Below, piece after piece: positions 31,103 to 39,390 of a stretch of DNA of 64,000 nt (the first letter of the stretch is position 1; the number at the start of each line of letters is the position of its first letter). The notes below the pieces were generated by a model, which was not told the origin of the DNA, made no database searches, and worked only from the letters and a program-made list of their open reading frames with translations. Location: NCBI GenBank assembly GCA_963727825.1, contig CAVSHO010000007.1, forward strand, positions 64,001 to 128,000, written 5' to 3'. The translations under genes and the position numbers were made by a program. Origin of the DNA: Ignavibacteriota bacterium (GTDB lineage Bacteria; Bacteroidota; Ignavibacteria; UBA10030).

Positions 31103-31163
31103 CAAAACTTTATTCCATGAAAATATGGAATATAGTTTTACTGGCAAGTCCTGAAAGATGGAT

Positions 31164-31194
31164 AAGCGTCTCATATCTTCGGGACGCTTTTTTT
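31164..31194 (+). terminator. Rho-independent terminator after the tRNA/GIY-YIG cluster
   Basis: AAGCGTCTC-loop-GGGACGCTT followed by a T-tract. Confidence 0.65.
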
Positions 31195-31216
31195 GTATTA
31201 GAACAGGTTATCGGAA

Positions 31217-32668
31217 ATGGGAAATCAAATTCGCGTTCGTTTTGCACCAAGCCCTACAGGATATTTACACGTAGGCGGGTTACGCACAGCATTATATAAT
31301 TATCTATTTGCAAAACACTTTGGCGGTAAATTCATTCTTCGCATTGAAGATACTGATCAATCGCGCAAAGTTGAAGGTGCGGTTGAAAATTTGATCGAAA
31401 CTCTGAAATGGTCTGGAATTGAATATGATGAAGGTCCTGACCGTGATGGTGGTCGTGGTCCGTATGTGCAATCTCAACGTTTAGAATTGTACCGCAAGTA
31501 TGCACAAGAACTCATCAGCAAGGATAAAGCGTATCATTGTTTCTGTACATCTGAACGATTGCAGGAAGTTCGTAAAAAACAATTGGCCGCAAAACTTTCT
31601 CCTTCGTACGACCGCCATTGCCGAAATGTATCTCGAGAAGAAGCGGAACGCCGAGTTGCAGCAGGTGAGCAAAATGTCATCCGCATGAAAATACCACTCG
31701 AAGGTGAATTATCATTTGATGATGTTATTCGCGGCAAAGTAACCATTTCTCATAAGATGATAGACGATCAAGTGCTTATCAAGTCAGATGGATTCCCGAC
31801 ATATCACCTTGCAGTTGTTGTCGATGATCATTTAATGGGAATTACACACGTCATTCGCGGCGAAGAGTGGCTGTCGAGTGTCCCGAAACATATTCTGATA
31901 TATAACTATTTCGGATGGGAATTGCCGGTGCTTGCGCATCTTCCATTGTTATTGAATCCTGATAAATCTAAACTCAGCAAGCGTCAAGGAGATGTAGCGG
32001 TAGAAGATTATCGTGCCAAAGGATATCTTAAGGAAGCGATCGTGAATTTTATTGCATTCCTCGGTTGGAATCCAGGCGATGAGCGGGAAATATTTTTAAT
32101 GGAACAACTTATTCAAGAATTCACTTTAGATCGTGTCGGCAAGTCCGGTGCAGTATTCAATGTCGAAAAATTAAATTGGCTCAATCAACAGCATATCAAA
32201 CTTAAATCGAACGAAGAACTTGCTCAACTCATCAAACCGGATCTTCAAGCTGCCCAATTAGCGAATATAAATAATGATTATTTTCTAAAAGTAATCAGTT
32301 TATTGAAAGAACGGCTGAACTTTCCGAAGAATTTTATTGAGATGAGCAAGTACTTCTTCCGTGACCCGGAATCTTTCGATGAAGCAGGATTGAAGAAATA
32401 TTGGGAACCGGAGACAAGCGATCAACTAAAATTGCTCGCTGATCGTTTTGAGGCGCTTCTGGAATTTTCTCATGCTTCCGTCGAAGCAGCTTTACGGCAA
32501 TTAGCCGAAGAGCTCCAGATTAAGCCAACTAAACTTATCCATCCTGCACGGCTGGCGCTTTCAGGAAGAACTATAGGCCCCGGATTATTTGAAATGATAG
32601 AATTACTTGGGAAAGAAACTGTCGTTCGGCGTTTGCGCCGCGCGATAGAAAAATTCAAAGCGATGTAA
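31217..32668 (+). CDS. gltX: Glutamate--tRNA ligase
   Basis: RFAPSPTGYLHVGG (HIGH), RIEDTD, PTYHLA, IRGEEW and KLSKR motifs. Confidence 0.97.
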   Translation: MGNQIRVRFAPSPTGYLHVGGLRTALYNYLFAKHFGGKFILRIEDTDQSRKVEGAVENLIETLKWSGIEYDEGPDRDGGRGPYVQSQRLELYRKYAQELISKDKAYHCFCTSERLQEVRKKQLAAKLSPSYDRHCRNVSREEAERRVAAGEQNVIRMKIPLEGELSFDDVIRGKVTISHKMIDDQVLIKSDGFPTYHLAVVVDDHLMGITHVIRGEEWLSSVPKHILIYNYFGWELPVLAHLPLLLNPDKSKLSKRQGDVAVEDYRAKGYLKEAIVNFIAFLGWNPGDEREIFLMEQLIQEFTLDRVGKSGAVFNVEKLNWLNQQHIKLKSNEELAQLIKPDLQAAQLANINNDYFLKVISLLKERLNFPKNFIEMSKYFFRDPESFDEAGLKKYWEPETSDQLKLLADRFEALLEFSHASVEAALRQLAEELQIKPTKLIHPARLALSGRTIGPGLFEMIELLGKETVVRRLRRAIEKFKAM

Positions 32669-32669
32669 G

Positions 32670-32698
32670 TTGCCTTTCCGGCTTTGGTTCAATATATT
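32670..32698 (+). promoter_or_regulatory. Sigma70-type promoter for folB
   Basis: TTGCCT-17 bp-TATATT. Confidence 0.5.
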
Positions 32699-32735
32699 CA
32701 TCTGCTTTTAAAAGAACATTCTATGTCGATAAAAC

Positions 32736-33110
32736 ATGAAAAAAACTTTAGGTGTTATTCGTTTGCGCAATGCGGTCTTCTACGCATACCATGGCGTGCT
32801 TTTAGATGAACAAAACCTTGGCGGTAAGTTTGAGGTAGATGTAGATTTACATTGCGATCTTTCGCGCGGGGCAAAGAGCGATCACCTTGAAGATACTGTC
32901 AATTACGAACGTGTTTATGATTGTATTCGCACGCTGGTGCTTGAGAAAAAACATTTACTGCTTGAATCGCTTGCAAGTGCAATTGGTAAAGGTATTCTAA
33001 AAAACTTTTCCAAAGTGCATTCCGTGACTGTAAAAGTTCGCAAACCAGGCGCACCTGTTAAGGGTATTATTGATTATGTGGAAGTGGAACTCATTGAGAC
33101 GCGGAGGTAG
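32736..33110 (+). CDS. folB: Dihydroneopterin aldolase
   Basis: FYAYHGV..EQ, SD.LEDTVNY, LLESLA and VRKP motifs. Confidence 0.93.
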   Translation: MKKTLGVIRLRNAVFYAYHGVLLDEQNLGGKFEVDVDLHCDLSRGAKSDHLEDTVNYERVYDCIRTLVLEKKHLLLESLASAIGKGILKNFSKVHSVTVKVRKPGAPVKGIIDYVEVELIETRR

Positions 33111-33119
33111 CAGAAAGAG

Positions 33120-33632
33120 ATGAGTCGGATTTTTATTGGATTAGGATCGAACCTTGGTGACCGAGCAAAGTATCTGCGTAGAGCGCTTTCGGAGTTAAAA
33201 AATTTACACCAGACAACTGTCAAGAAATATTCATCGGTTTATGAAACTGAACCGGTGGGAGTAAAAGGACAACCAAAATTTCTCAATATGGTCGCTGAGA
33301 TAGATTCCAAGCTGCGTCCCGATGATCTTGTGCGCGAAATGAAAGAAATTGAGCATCGCGTCGGAAGAACGTTACGCGAACATTGGGGACCGCGAGAAAT
33401 TGATCTTGATCTACTTTATTATGGTGGTGAAATGCTGAATGAGACAGCATTGCAGGTGCCACATCCGGAAATATCCAACCGTAGGTTCGTTCTTCTACCT
33501 CTAAAAGAAATTGCCCCGGAATTTCAAGATCCCTTACGGCATCTAAGTGTTGAAGAACTTCTCCAACGCTGTTCTGATACCAGTGCTGTGCGGAAAACTA
33601 CTCAACAAATATCTTTGCAGGCAAAGGTATGA
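33120..33632 (+). CDS. folK: 2-amino-4-hydroxy-6-hydroxymethyldihydropteridine diphosphokinase
   Basis: GLGSNLGDR, YETEP, FLN, WGPREIDLDLL, PHP..RRFVL.PL motifs. Confidence 0.95.
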   Translation: MSRIFIGLGSNLGDRAKYLRRALSELKNLHQTTVKKYSSVYETEPVGVKGQPKFLNMVAEIDSKLRPDDLVREMKEIEHRVGRTLREHWGPREIDLDLLYYGGEMLNETALQVPHPEISNRRFVLLPLKEIAPEFQDPLRHLSVEELLQRCSDTSAVRKTTQQISLQAKV

Positions 33633-34288
33633 CAACTCAACTTCCTTCTGAAATTCATTATATCGCAATTGAAGGAGTCATCGGCGTTGGGAAAACAACA
33701 TTGGCTCGGATGCTATCTGATCGATTAGGTGCTCGTTTGGTACTGGAAAAATTCGAGGAAAATCCTTTCCTGCCGGATTTTTATAAGGACCCGGAACATT
33801 ATGCTTTTCAAACTCAAATATTTTTTCTGCTCAGCCGGTATCGGCAGCAGCAGGAATTATTCCAAGCTGATCTTTTCCACTCGCACATTGTATCCGATTA
33901 CATTTTTGAAAAAGATAAAATTTTTGCATACCTAACGCTGCGCGATGATGAATTGAAATTATACGAAAATTTGCTAGGTGCTGTAGAGAAAACGATTCCG
34001 CCTCCCGACCTTGTTATTTATCTTCAATCAAGCAACGACCGCCTAATGGCAAACATCAAGAAACGCGGGCGAGAGATGGAAAAGTACATGTCGGATGAAT
34101 ATATTAAAGAACTGAATGAAGCGTATAACTATTTCTTTTTCCGATACAAATCTACGCCTCTACTTATTGTCAAAGCTACGGATATTGACTTTGTTAATAA
34201 TCCAGAACATTTTGAAGATCTGCTGACTCAAATATTACGTCCGAATAGAGCGCCGGTAGAATATTATAATCCGCTTGTTAAGAAGTAG
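33629..34288 (+). CDS. Deoxynucleoside kinase
   Basis: IAIEGVIGVGKTT P-loop, ENPFL.DFY, PDLVIYL and KRGR motifs. Confidence 0.92.
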   Translation: MTTQLPSEIHYIAIEGVIGVGKTTLARMLSDRLGARLVLEKFEENPFLPDFYKDPEHYAFQTQIFFLLSRYRQQQELFQADLFHSHIVSDYIFEKDKIFAYLTLRDDELKLYENLLGAVEKTIPPPDLVIYLQSSNDRLMANIKKRGREMEKYMSDEYIKELNEAYNYFFFRYKSTPLLIVKATDIDFVNNPEHFEDLLTQILRPNRAPVEYYNPLVKK

Positions 34289-34289
34289 T

Positions 34290-34532
34290 ATGATTCGTTT
34301 ATTCATAATTGTTCTTTTCCGTTTTTTCGTAACAGCGCTTGTTATTTACTTAATACTTACCTTCTTGAGAAAGATTATCCGGACCTTACAAGGATATTCT
34401 AAACCTCCGCTACAAAAGCCTCAACAGCAGAAACGGCCAAAAGTAAAAGAGGAGTACAAAGACGTCAAAGATGCCAAATTTGTCGAACTACCGAATAAAC
34501 ATACCGAAGATAATCAAGATTCACATAAATGA
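34290..34532 (+). CDS. Small membrane-anchored hypothetical protein
   Basis: Hydrophobic N-terminus, DVKDAKFVEL tail; ATG 34290 just after the kinase stop. Confidence 0.65.
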   Translation: MIRLFIIVLFRFFVTALVIYLILTFLRKIIRTLQGYSKPPLQKPQQQKRPKVKEEYKDVKDAKFVELPNKHTEDNQDSHK

Positions 34533-34560
34533 ATTGTTCCTCTACAGTCCATCATTTTGT

Positions 34561-34589
34561 TTGAACAAGTCCGGTTAGTTCCCTATATT
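34561..34589 (+). promoter_or_regulatory. Sigma70-type promoter for asnS
   Basis: TTGAAC-17 bp-TATATT. Confidence 0.5.
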
Positions 34590-34624
34590 TTGCAAACATC
34601 TTCTATCACTTTGAATGGCATCGT

Positions 34625-35923
34625 ATGGCACGAATCTATATCAACGAATTATTCCAGCATGTTGGTGAAGAAGTTCAACTGTATGGATGGGTATATAACA
34701 AACGCTCCAGTGGAAAAGTAAAGTTTCTCATTCTAAGAGACGGCACAGGCATTGCTCAAGCTGTGATTGTGAAAGGACAAGTACCGGATGAAGTGATTAA
34801 CGTATTTGAATCGTTGACACAGGAGTCTTCATTATCAATTCGAGGAAAGGTTAGAAAAGAAGACCGCGCTCCCGGTGGATATGAATTGGATTTGATTGAT
34901 ATTCCAAAGGTCTATCAAATTGCTCATGAATATCCAATCACTCCTAAAGAGCATGGGATCGAATTCCTGGCAGACCGGCGCCATCTATGGCTGCGCTCGA
35001 CACGACAGCATGCAATTATACGCGTGCGGCATCGTATCATTAAAGCTATTCGTGATTTCTTTGATGGACGTGGATTTACGCTTGTCGATTCGCCAATCCT
35101 GACTCCTGCGGCCTGCGAGGGAACTTCAACTCTTTTTGATACCGATTACTTTGATCTTGGAAAAGCATATCTCACACAATCGGGACAATTGTATGCAGAA
35201 GCAAGCGCTATGGCAATGGGAAAAGTGTATTGCTTTGGCCCAACATTCCGTGCGGAAAAATCGAAAACGCGCCGCCACTTGACAGAATTTTGGATGGTTG
35301 AACCGGAAGTAGCCTTTAACGATTTGAACGATAATATGGATCTGGCAGAAGATTTTTTAGAATACATTGTTCAAAGTGTTTTGAAAGATTGTTTGCCGGA
35401 ATTGAAAGTGCTGGAGCGTGATATTACAAAACTCCAGAATGTAAAAAAACCATTGCCGCGTATTACGTATGATGAAGCAGCGAAAATTCTTATTGATAAA
35501 GGATTGCCGTTCGAGTGGGGAAATGATCTTGGAGGAACAGATGAGACTGTTGTTTCCGAACGGTTCGATCGTCCGGTAATGGTGCATCGTTATCCGTCTG
35601 AGGTCAAAGCATTTTATATGAAACGCGATCCGGATAACCCGAAAGTTGCTCTTGCAGTCGATGTGCTTGCGCCGGAAGGATACGGCGAAATTATCGGCGG
35701 CAGTCAACGCGAAGATGATTTGGATGTTCTACTGGCGCGTATCAAGGAACATAAACTTCCGCAGGAAGCATTCGAATGGTACATCGATTTGCGGCGCTTC
35801 GGCAGTGTTCCGCATTCTGGATTTGGACTTGGTATAGAACGTACCGTTGGTTGGATATGTGGGTTAGAGCATGTGCGCGAAACTATTCCGTTCCCGCGCA
35901 TGATTTATCGTAATACTCCTTAA
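34625..35923 (+). CDS. asnS: Asparagine--tRNA ligase
   Basis: OB domain (GWV..R..GK..FL.LRDGTG), [39 protein letters not shown] and GFGLGIER motifs. Confidence 0.95.
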   Translation: MARIYINELFQHVGEEVQLYGWVYNKRSSGKVKFLILRDGTGIAQAVIVKGQVPDEVINVFESLTQESSLSIRGKVRKEDRAPGGYELDLIDIPKVYQIAHEYPITPKEHGIEFLADRRHLWLRSTRQHAIIRVRHRIIKAIRDFFDGRGFTLVDSPILTPAACEGTSTLFDTDYFDLGKAYLTQSGQLYAEASAMAMGKVYCFGPTFRAEKSKTRRHLTEFWMVEPEVAFNDLNDNMDLAEDFLEYIVQSVLKDCLPELKVLERDITKLQNVKKPLPRITYDEAAKILIDKGLPFEWGNDLGGTDETVVSERFDRPVMVHRYPSEVKAFYMKRDPDNPKVALAVDVLAPEGYGEIIGGSQREDDLDVLLARIKEHKLPQEAFEWYIDLRRFGSVPHSGFGLGIERTVGWICGLEHVRETIPFPRMIYRNTP

Positions 35924-35975
35924 CCGGACAATACATTCCACCTACCATTTTTCATAATGTTGTTTTTATTAGGGA

Positions 35976-37166
35976 TTGAATATGCTTAAAGTCAAAAACT
36001 TACGAAAAGAGTACGATACCGTCGTCGCAGTAGATGGCGTTTCGCTGGAAGTAAAACGCGGTGAGCTATTCGGCTTGCTCGGCCCCAATGGAGCCGGCAA
36101 AACGACAACCATTCGCACGGTGCTGAACATCATTAAGCCGGACAGCGGCGAGATCACATTTAACGGCAAACCGTTCACCAAGGAAATGTGGAACATTATA
36201 GGTTACTTGCCGGAAGAACGAGGATTGTACCGCAAGAGCAAAATTATTAATACAATTCTTTACTTCGCATCGCTTAAAGGATATTCTGATAAGCAAGCGA
36301 AGCCGCTGGCGTATTATTGGCTAGAACGATTTGGACTGAAAAACGAAGGACATAGGAAAATAGAAGAGCTGTCGAAAGGAAATCAGCAAAAAGTTCAATT
36401 GATCCTTTCCATTCTTCACCGTCCGGAATTGTTGATTCTTGATGAACCATTCACTGGACTTGATCCCGTCAACCAGGTTCTTTTAAAAGATATTTTGATA
36501 GAGCTTCGCCAGCAGAATACCGCCATTGTTTTCTCTACGCATCAAATGGAACAAGTGGAAAAAATGTGCGACAACATTTGTTTGATCAATAAGGGGAAAC
36601 CTGTGCTCAGCGGAGAATTATATGAGATCAAGAAACAATATGGAACGAATTCCATCCACCTTGAATATGAAGGCGATGGTGAATTCCTGAAAAGCTTTAG
36701 TTTTATTCGCCGGGCGGACGTGTATCAGAATTATGCTGAGCTTGAACTTACTGATATTTCCAAGAGCAATGAATTGCTTGCAAATCTCAATGGAAAATTA
36801 TCGCTGAGAAAATTTGAGATTGTCGAACCTTCCCTGAATTCTATTTTTATTAATGTTGTTGGCGGCCCTCAAGAAATTGAACAAGCGAGCGAGAAGCCGA
36901 TACCTGTTTCTCAGATTCAACAAAAATCAACCAACGATCTTGTTATGAAGGATGGGCGAGTTCGGAAAGCACTATTTTTATTTGTAGGAATGGGGATTCT
37001 TGCCATTTTCTTCACTGTCTCTGCTTTTCTTCGGCCGAATCCAGAACTTCTATCAATCGGAATCCCGTACGCTTTGGTCGTCATAAGCGGCGTCCGCTTT
37101 ATACAGACGAAGAAGAAAGTTGAGCGAGAATTCATAGCGAAAACATCGCGGGAGGAACGGTTATGA
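35976..37166 (+). CDS. ABC-2 exporter ATP-binding protein (NatA-like) with a hydrophobic C-terminal extension
   Basis: GPNGAGKTT, GYLPEERGLY, LSKGNQQK and ILDEPFTGLDP motifs. Confidence 0.9.
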   Translation: MNMLKVKNLRKEYDTVVAVDGVSLEVKRGELFGLLGPNGAGKTTTIRTVLNIIKPDSGEITFNGKPFTKEMWNIIGYLPEERGLYRKSKIINTILYFASLKGYSDKQAKPLAYYWLERFGLKNEGHRKIEELSKGNQQKVQLILSILHRPELLILDEPFTGLDPVNQVLLKDILIELRQQNTAIVFSTHQMEQVEKMCDNICLINKGKPVLSGELYEIKKQYGTNSIHLEYEGDGEFLKSFSFIRRADVYQNYAELELTDISKSNELLANLNGKLSLRKFEIVEPSLNSIFINVVGGPQEIEQASEKPIPVSQIQQKSTNDLVMKDGRVRKALFLFVGMGILAIFFTVSAFLRPNPELLSIGIPYALVVISGVRFIQTKKKVEREFIAKTSREERL

Positions 37167-38410
37167 AATCTAAAGCGTTTCAGGTAGCAGTATGGGAATT
37201 TAGCGAAAAGGTGAAGTCTAAAGCGTTCATTATCTCGCTTGTTGTTATGCCGGTTATTATGGTTCTCTTTGGCGTTTTACCGGGATTGCTTGTATCGCGG
37301 CCTGATACAACTGCGACTGTCGTTGGTATTATTGATGAAACCAATAGCATTGTCGGTCCGCTTGCCAAAAGACTTGACGAAAAATTTAAATTACCTGATG
37401 GTCAACCAAACTATGTAATAAAGAATTTAAGTTTACAAGGCGCTATTGAAAAAAAGAAAGTGGCGGCCAATCGAATGGTAACAGCAGGAGATATTACAGG
37501 TTATTTCTATTTTCCTTCAGCCATCTTCGATAGCGGTAAAGTTGAGTATCGATCAGAAAATGTGAGTAATATAAAAATTCAAGAACGATTTTCTCGTACA
37601 ATAGAAGAAGTAATCGTTGAAAGCCGGATTCTGAAGCAGGGATTAGATCCTGCGATTATCAAGAAGATTACTGCAGATGTCAATGTAAGATCCATCAAAG
37701 TTTCCGAAAAAGGCGATGAAAAGGAAACTGGTTTTCTTGAGACATTTTTTAGTGGTTATATAGTTATTATGATGCTCCTTTTTTTAGTAATGACGTCAGG
37801 CCAGCTACTCATAAGGAGCGTTGTAGAAGAAAAAACGAACCGTGTTATTGAAGTGCTGCTATCATCCTGTTCTGCACGAGATTTAATGGTGGGAAAAATT
37901 TTTGGACTTAGCGGGCTTGGTATTGTGCAAATGCTGATTTGGGGGATGATCGGCTTCGCAGTATCATTAAAAACAGGGGCAAACATCTTCACAACAATAA
38001 ATCTGATGCTTTCACTTGTCTATTTTATTCTGGGATATATTTTTTATTCTGCAATTTTCGTTGCAGCCGGTTCTCCAGTGACTACCGAACAGGAAGCGCA
38101 GCAAATCACATCGTATGTGAGCTTATTACTTATTTTCCCAATGATTATCGCAATGCCTGTGATGCAAAATGCAAATTCAGTTTGGATAAAGGTGTTATCT
38201 TTTATTCCATTGCTTACACCAACATTAATGGTTTTGCGAATCTCCGTGCAAATGCCGGCGGCATGGGAAATATTAAGCACAATGGCATTTCTCCTTCTTT
38301 CTTCCATTGTCATGATGTGGGCGGCGGGGAAAATATTCCGCGTAGCAGTTTTATCATACGGGAAGCGGCCGACACTGCCAGAACTTTTTCGCTGGGTGCG
38401 TGAAAAATAA
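37163..38410 (+). CDS. ABC-2 exporter permease (NatB/YhaP-like)
   Basis: One N-terminal TM, a large loop, EEKTNRVIEVLLSS..GKI motif, then a C-terminal TM bundle. Confidence 0.9.
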   Translation: MKSKAFQVAVWEFSEKVKSKAFIISLVVMPVIMVLFGVLPGLLVSRPDTTATVVGIIDETNSIVGPLAKRLDEKFKLPDGQPNYVIKNLSLQGAIEKKKVAANRMVTAGDITGYFYFPSAIFDSGKVEYRSENVSNIKIQERFSRTIEEVIVESRILKQGLDPAIIKKITADVNVRSIKVSEKGDEKETGFLETFFSGYIVIMMLLFLVMTSGQLLIRSVVEEKTNRVIEVLLSSCSARDLMVGKIFGLSGLGIVQMLIWGMIGFAVSLKTGANIFTTINLMLSLVYFILGYIFYSAIFVAAGSPVTTEQEAQQITSYVSLLLIFPMIIAMPVMQNANSVWIKVLSFIPLLTPTLMVLRISVQMPAAWEILSTMAFLLLSSIVMMWAAGKIFRVAVLSYGKRPTLPELFRWVREK

Positions 38411-38445
38411 GATTTGATTCATCAATTAATTATTGGATTGAATCT

Positions 38446-38955
38446 GTGACACTCGAAGAAATACTATTTTATATTTTTGCAGCAGGAGGTATTGTCTCCG
38501 CATTGCTCGTTGTGACGAGGCGTAATCCTATCGTCTCTGCGGTATATCTCATAGTGAATTTTTTCTGCCTTGCCGGTATTTATCTGACATTGCATGCGCA
38601 GTTCATTGCCGTCATCCAAATTCTTGTGTATGCGGGCGCTATTATGGTTTTGTTTGTATTCGTAATTATGCTGCTCAATCTTGGCGACGAGCGCCGTTTA
38701 CGAGATGGATTCACTTGGAAAAAAGTTGTGGCTGGCGGCCTCGGTTTCGGCGTCTTAATGGAATTGATTTACATATTTATGATGCAAACCAGAACGCCAT
38801 CAATCGAAATGGAGCGTGCCACGAATATAGGGACAGTGGAGGCAGTCGGACGTGTGCTTTTCACGCGCTTTCTGTTTCCATTCGAAGTGACATCCCTATT
38901 ACTCACGGCGGCGATTGTTGGTGCTATTGTTCTTGCGAAGAAGAAGCTCGACTAG
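38446..38955 (+). CDS. nuoJ: NADH-quinone oxidoreductase subunit J
   Basis: RNPIVSA, QILVYAGAIMVLFVFVIMLL and PFEVTSLLL.AAIVGA motifs. Confidence 0.95.
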   Translation: MTLEEILFYIFAAGGIVSALLVVTRRNPIVSAVYLIVNFFCLAGIYLTLHAQFIAVIQILVYAGAIMVLFVFVIMLLNLGDERRLRDGFTWKKVVAGGLGFGVLMELIYIFMMQTRTPSIEMERATNIGTVEAVGRVLFTRFLFPFEVTSLLLTAAIVGAIVLAKKKLD

Positions 38956-39003
38956 TGTTTTTTATTCATCTATAATTTTGCATTTAAACATTTTTCATTG
39001 ATT

Positions 39004-39306
39004 ATGGTTCCGTTAAATTCATATTTGATTCTAAGCGCTGTTATGTTCATTGTTGGTGCATTAGGCGTGGTTACGCGACGAAATGCAATTATTGTGTTCC
39101 TGTCAATCGAGTTAATGTTGAATTCCGTCAATCTGACTCTTGTTGCTTTCTCAGCATTTTTCGGAGATGCAACCGGCCAAGTACTCGTTTTCTTTGTAAT
39201 GACGGTAGCGGCAGCGGAAGCGGCAGTCGGTCTTGCAATAGTTATCGCTCTTTTCCGGCGTAAACAAACAATAAATTTAGATGAAATCAATATTATGAAG
39301 TGGTAA
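39004..39306 (+). CDS. nuoK: NADH-quinone oxidoreductase subunit K
   Basis: RRNAI..SIELMLN, GQV and [12 protein letters not shown] motifs. Confidence 0.95.
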   Translation: MVPLNSYLILSAVMFIVGALGVVTRRNAIIVFLSIELMLNSVNLTLVAFSAFFGDATGQVLVFFVMTVAAAEAAVGLAIVIALFRRKQTINLDEINIMKW

Positions 39307-39390
39307 TGAAAAGTAAAATGGTAAAATGAAAAATTAAAAAGTAGGTAGAAAAAAATATTCTAATACCTAGCTCCTAAATCCTAAATTAAC

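Noticed and set aside
29855-31103. CRISPR array or integrase-type att sites
   Set aside because: The repeats are tRNA fragments of unequal length, with no constant repeat-spacer period and no cas or integrase gene.
30944-31174. 76 aa minus-strand ORF, and similar ones at 30138 and 54194
   Set aside because: These are antisense translations of tRNA sequence (for example RRERDSNPR).
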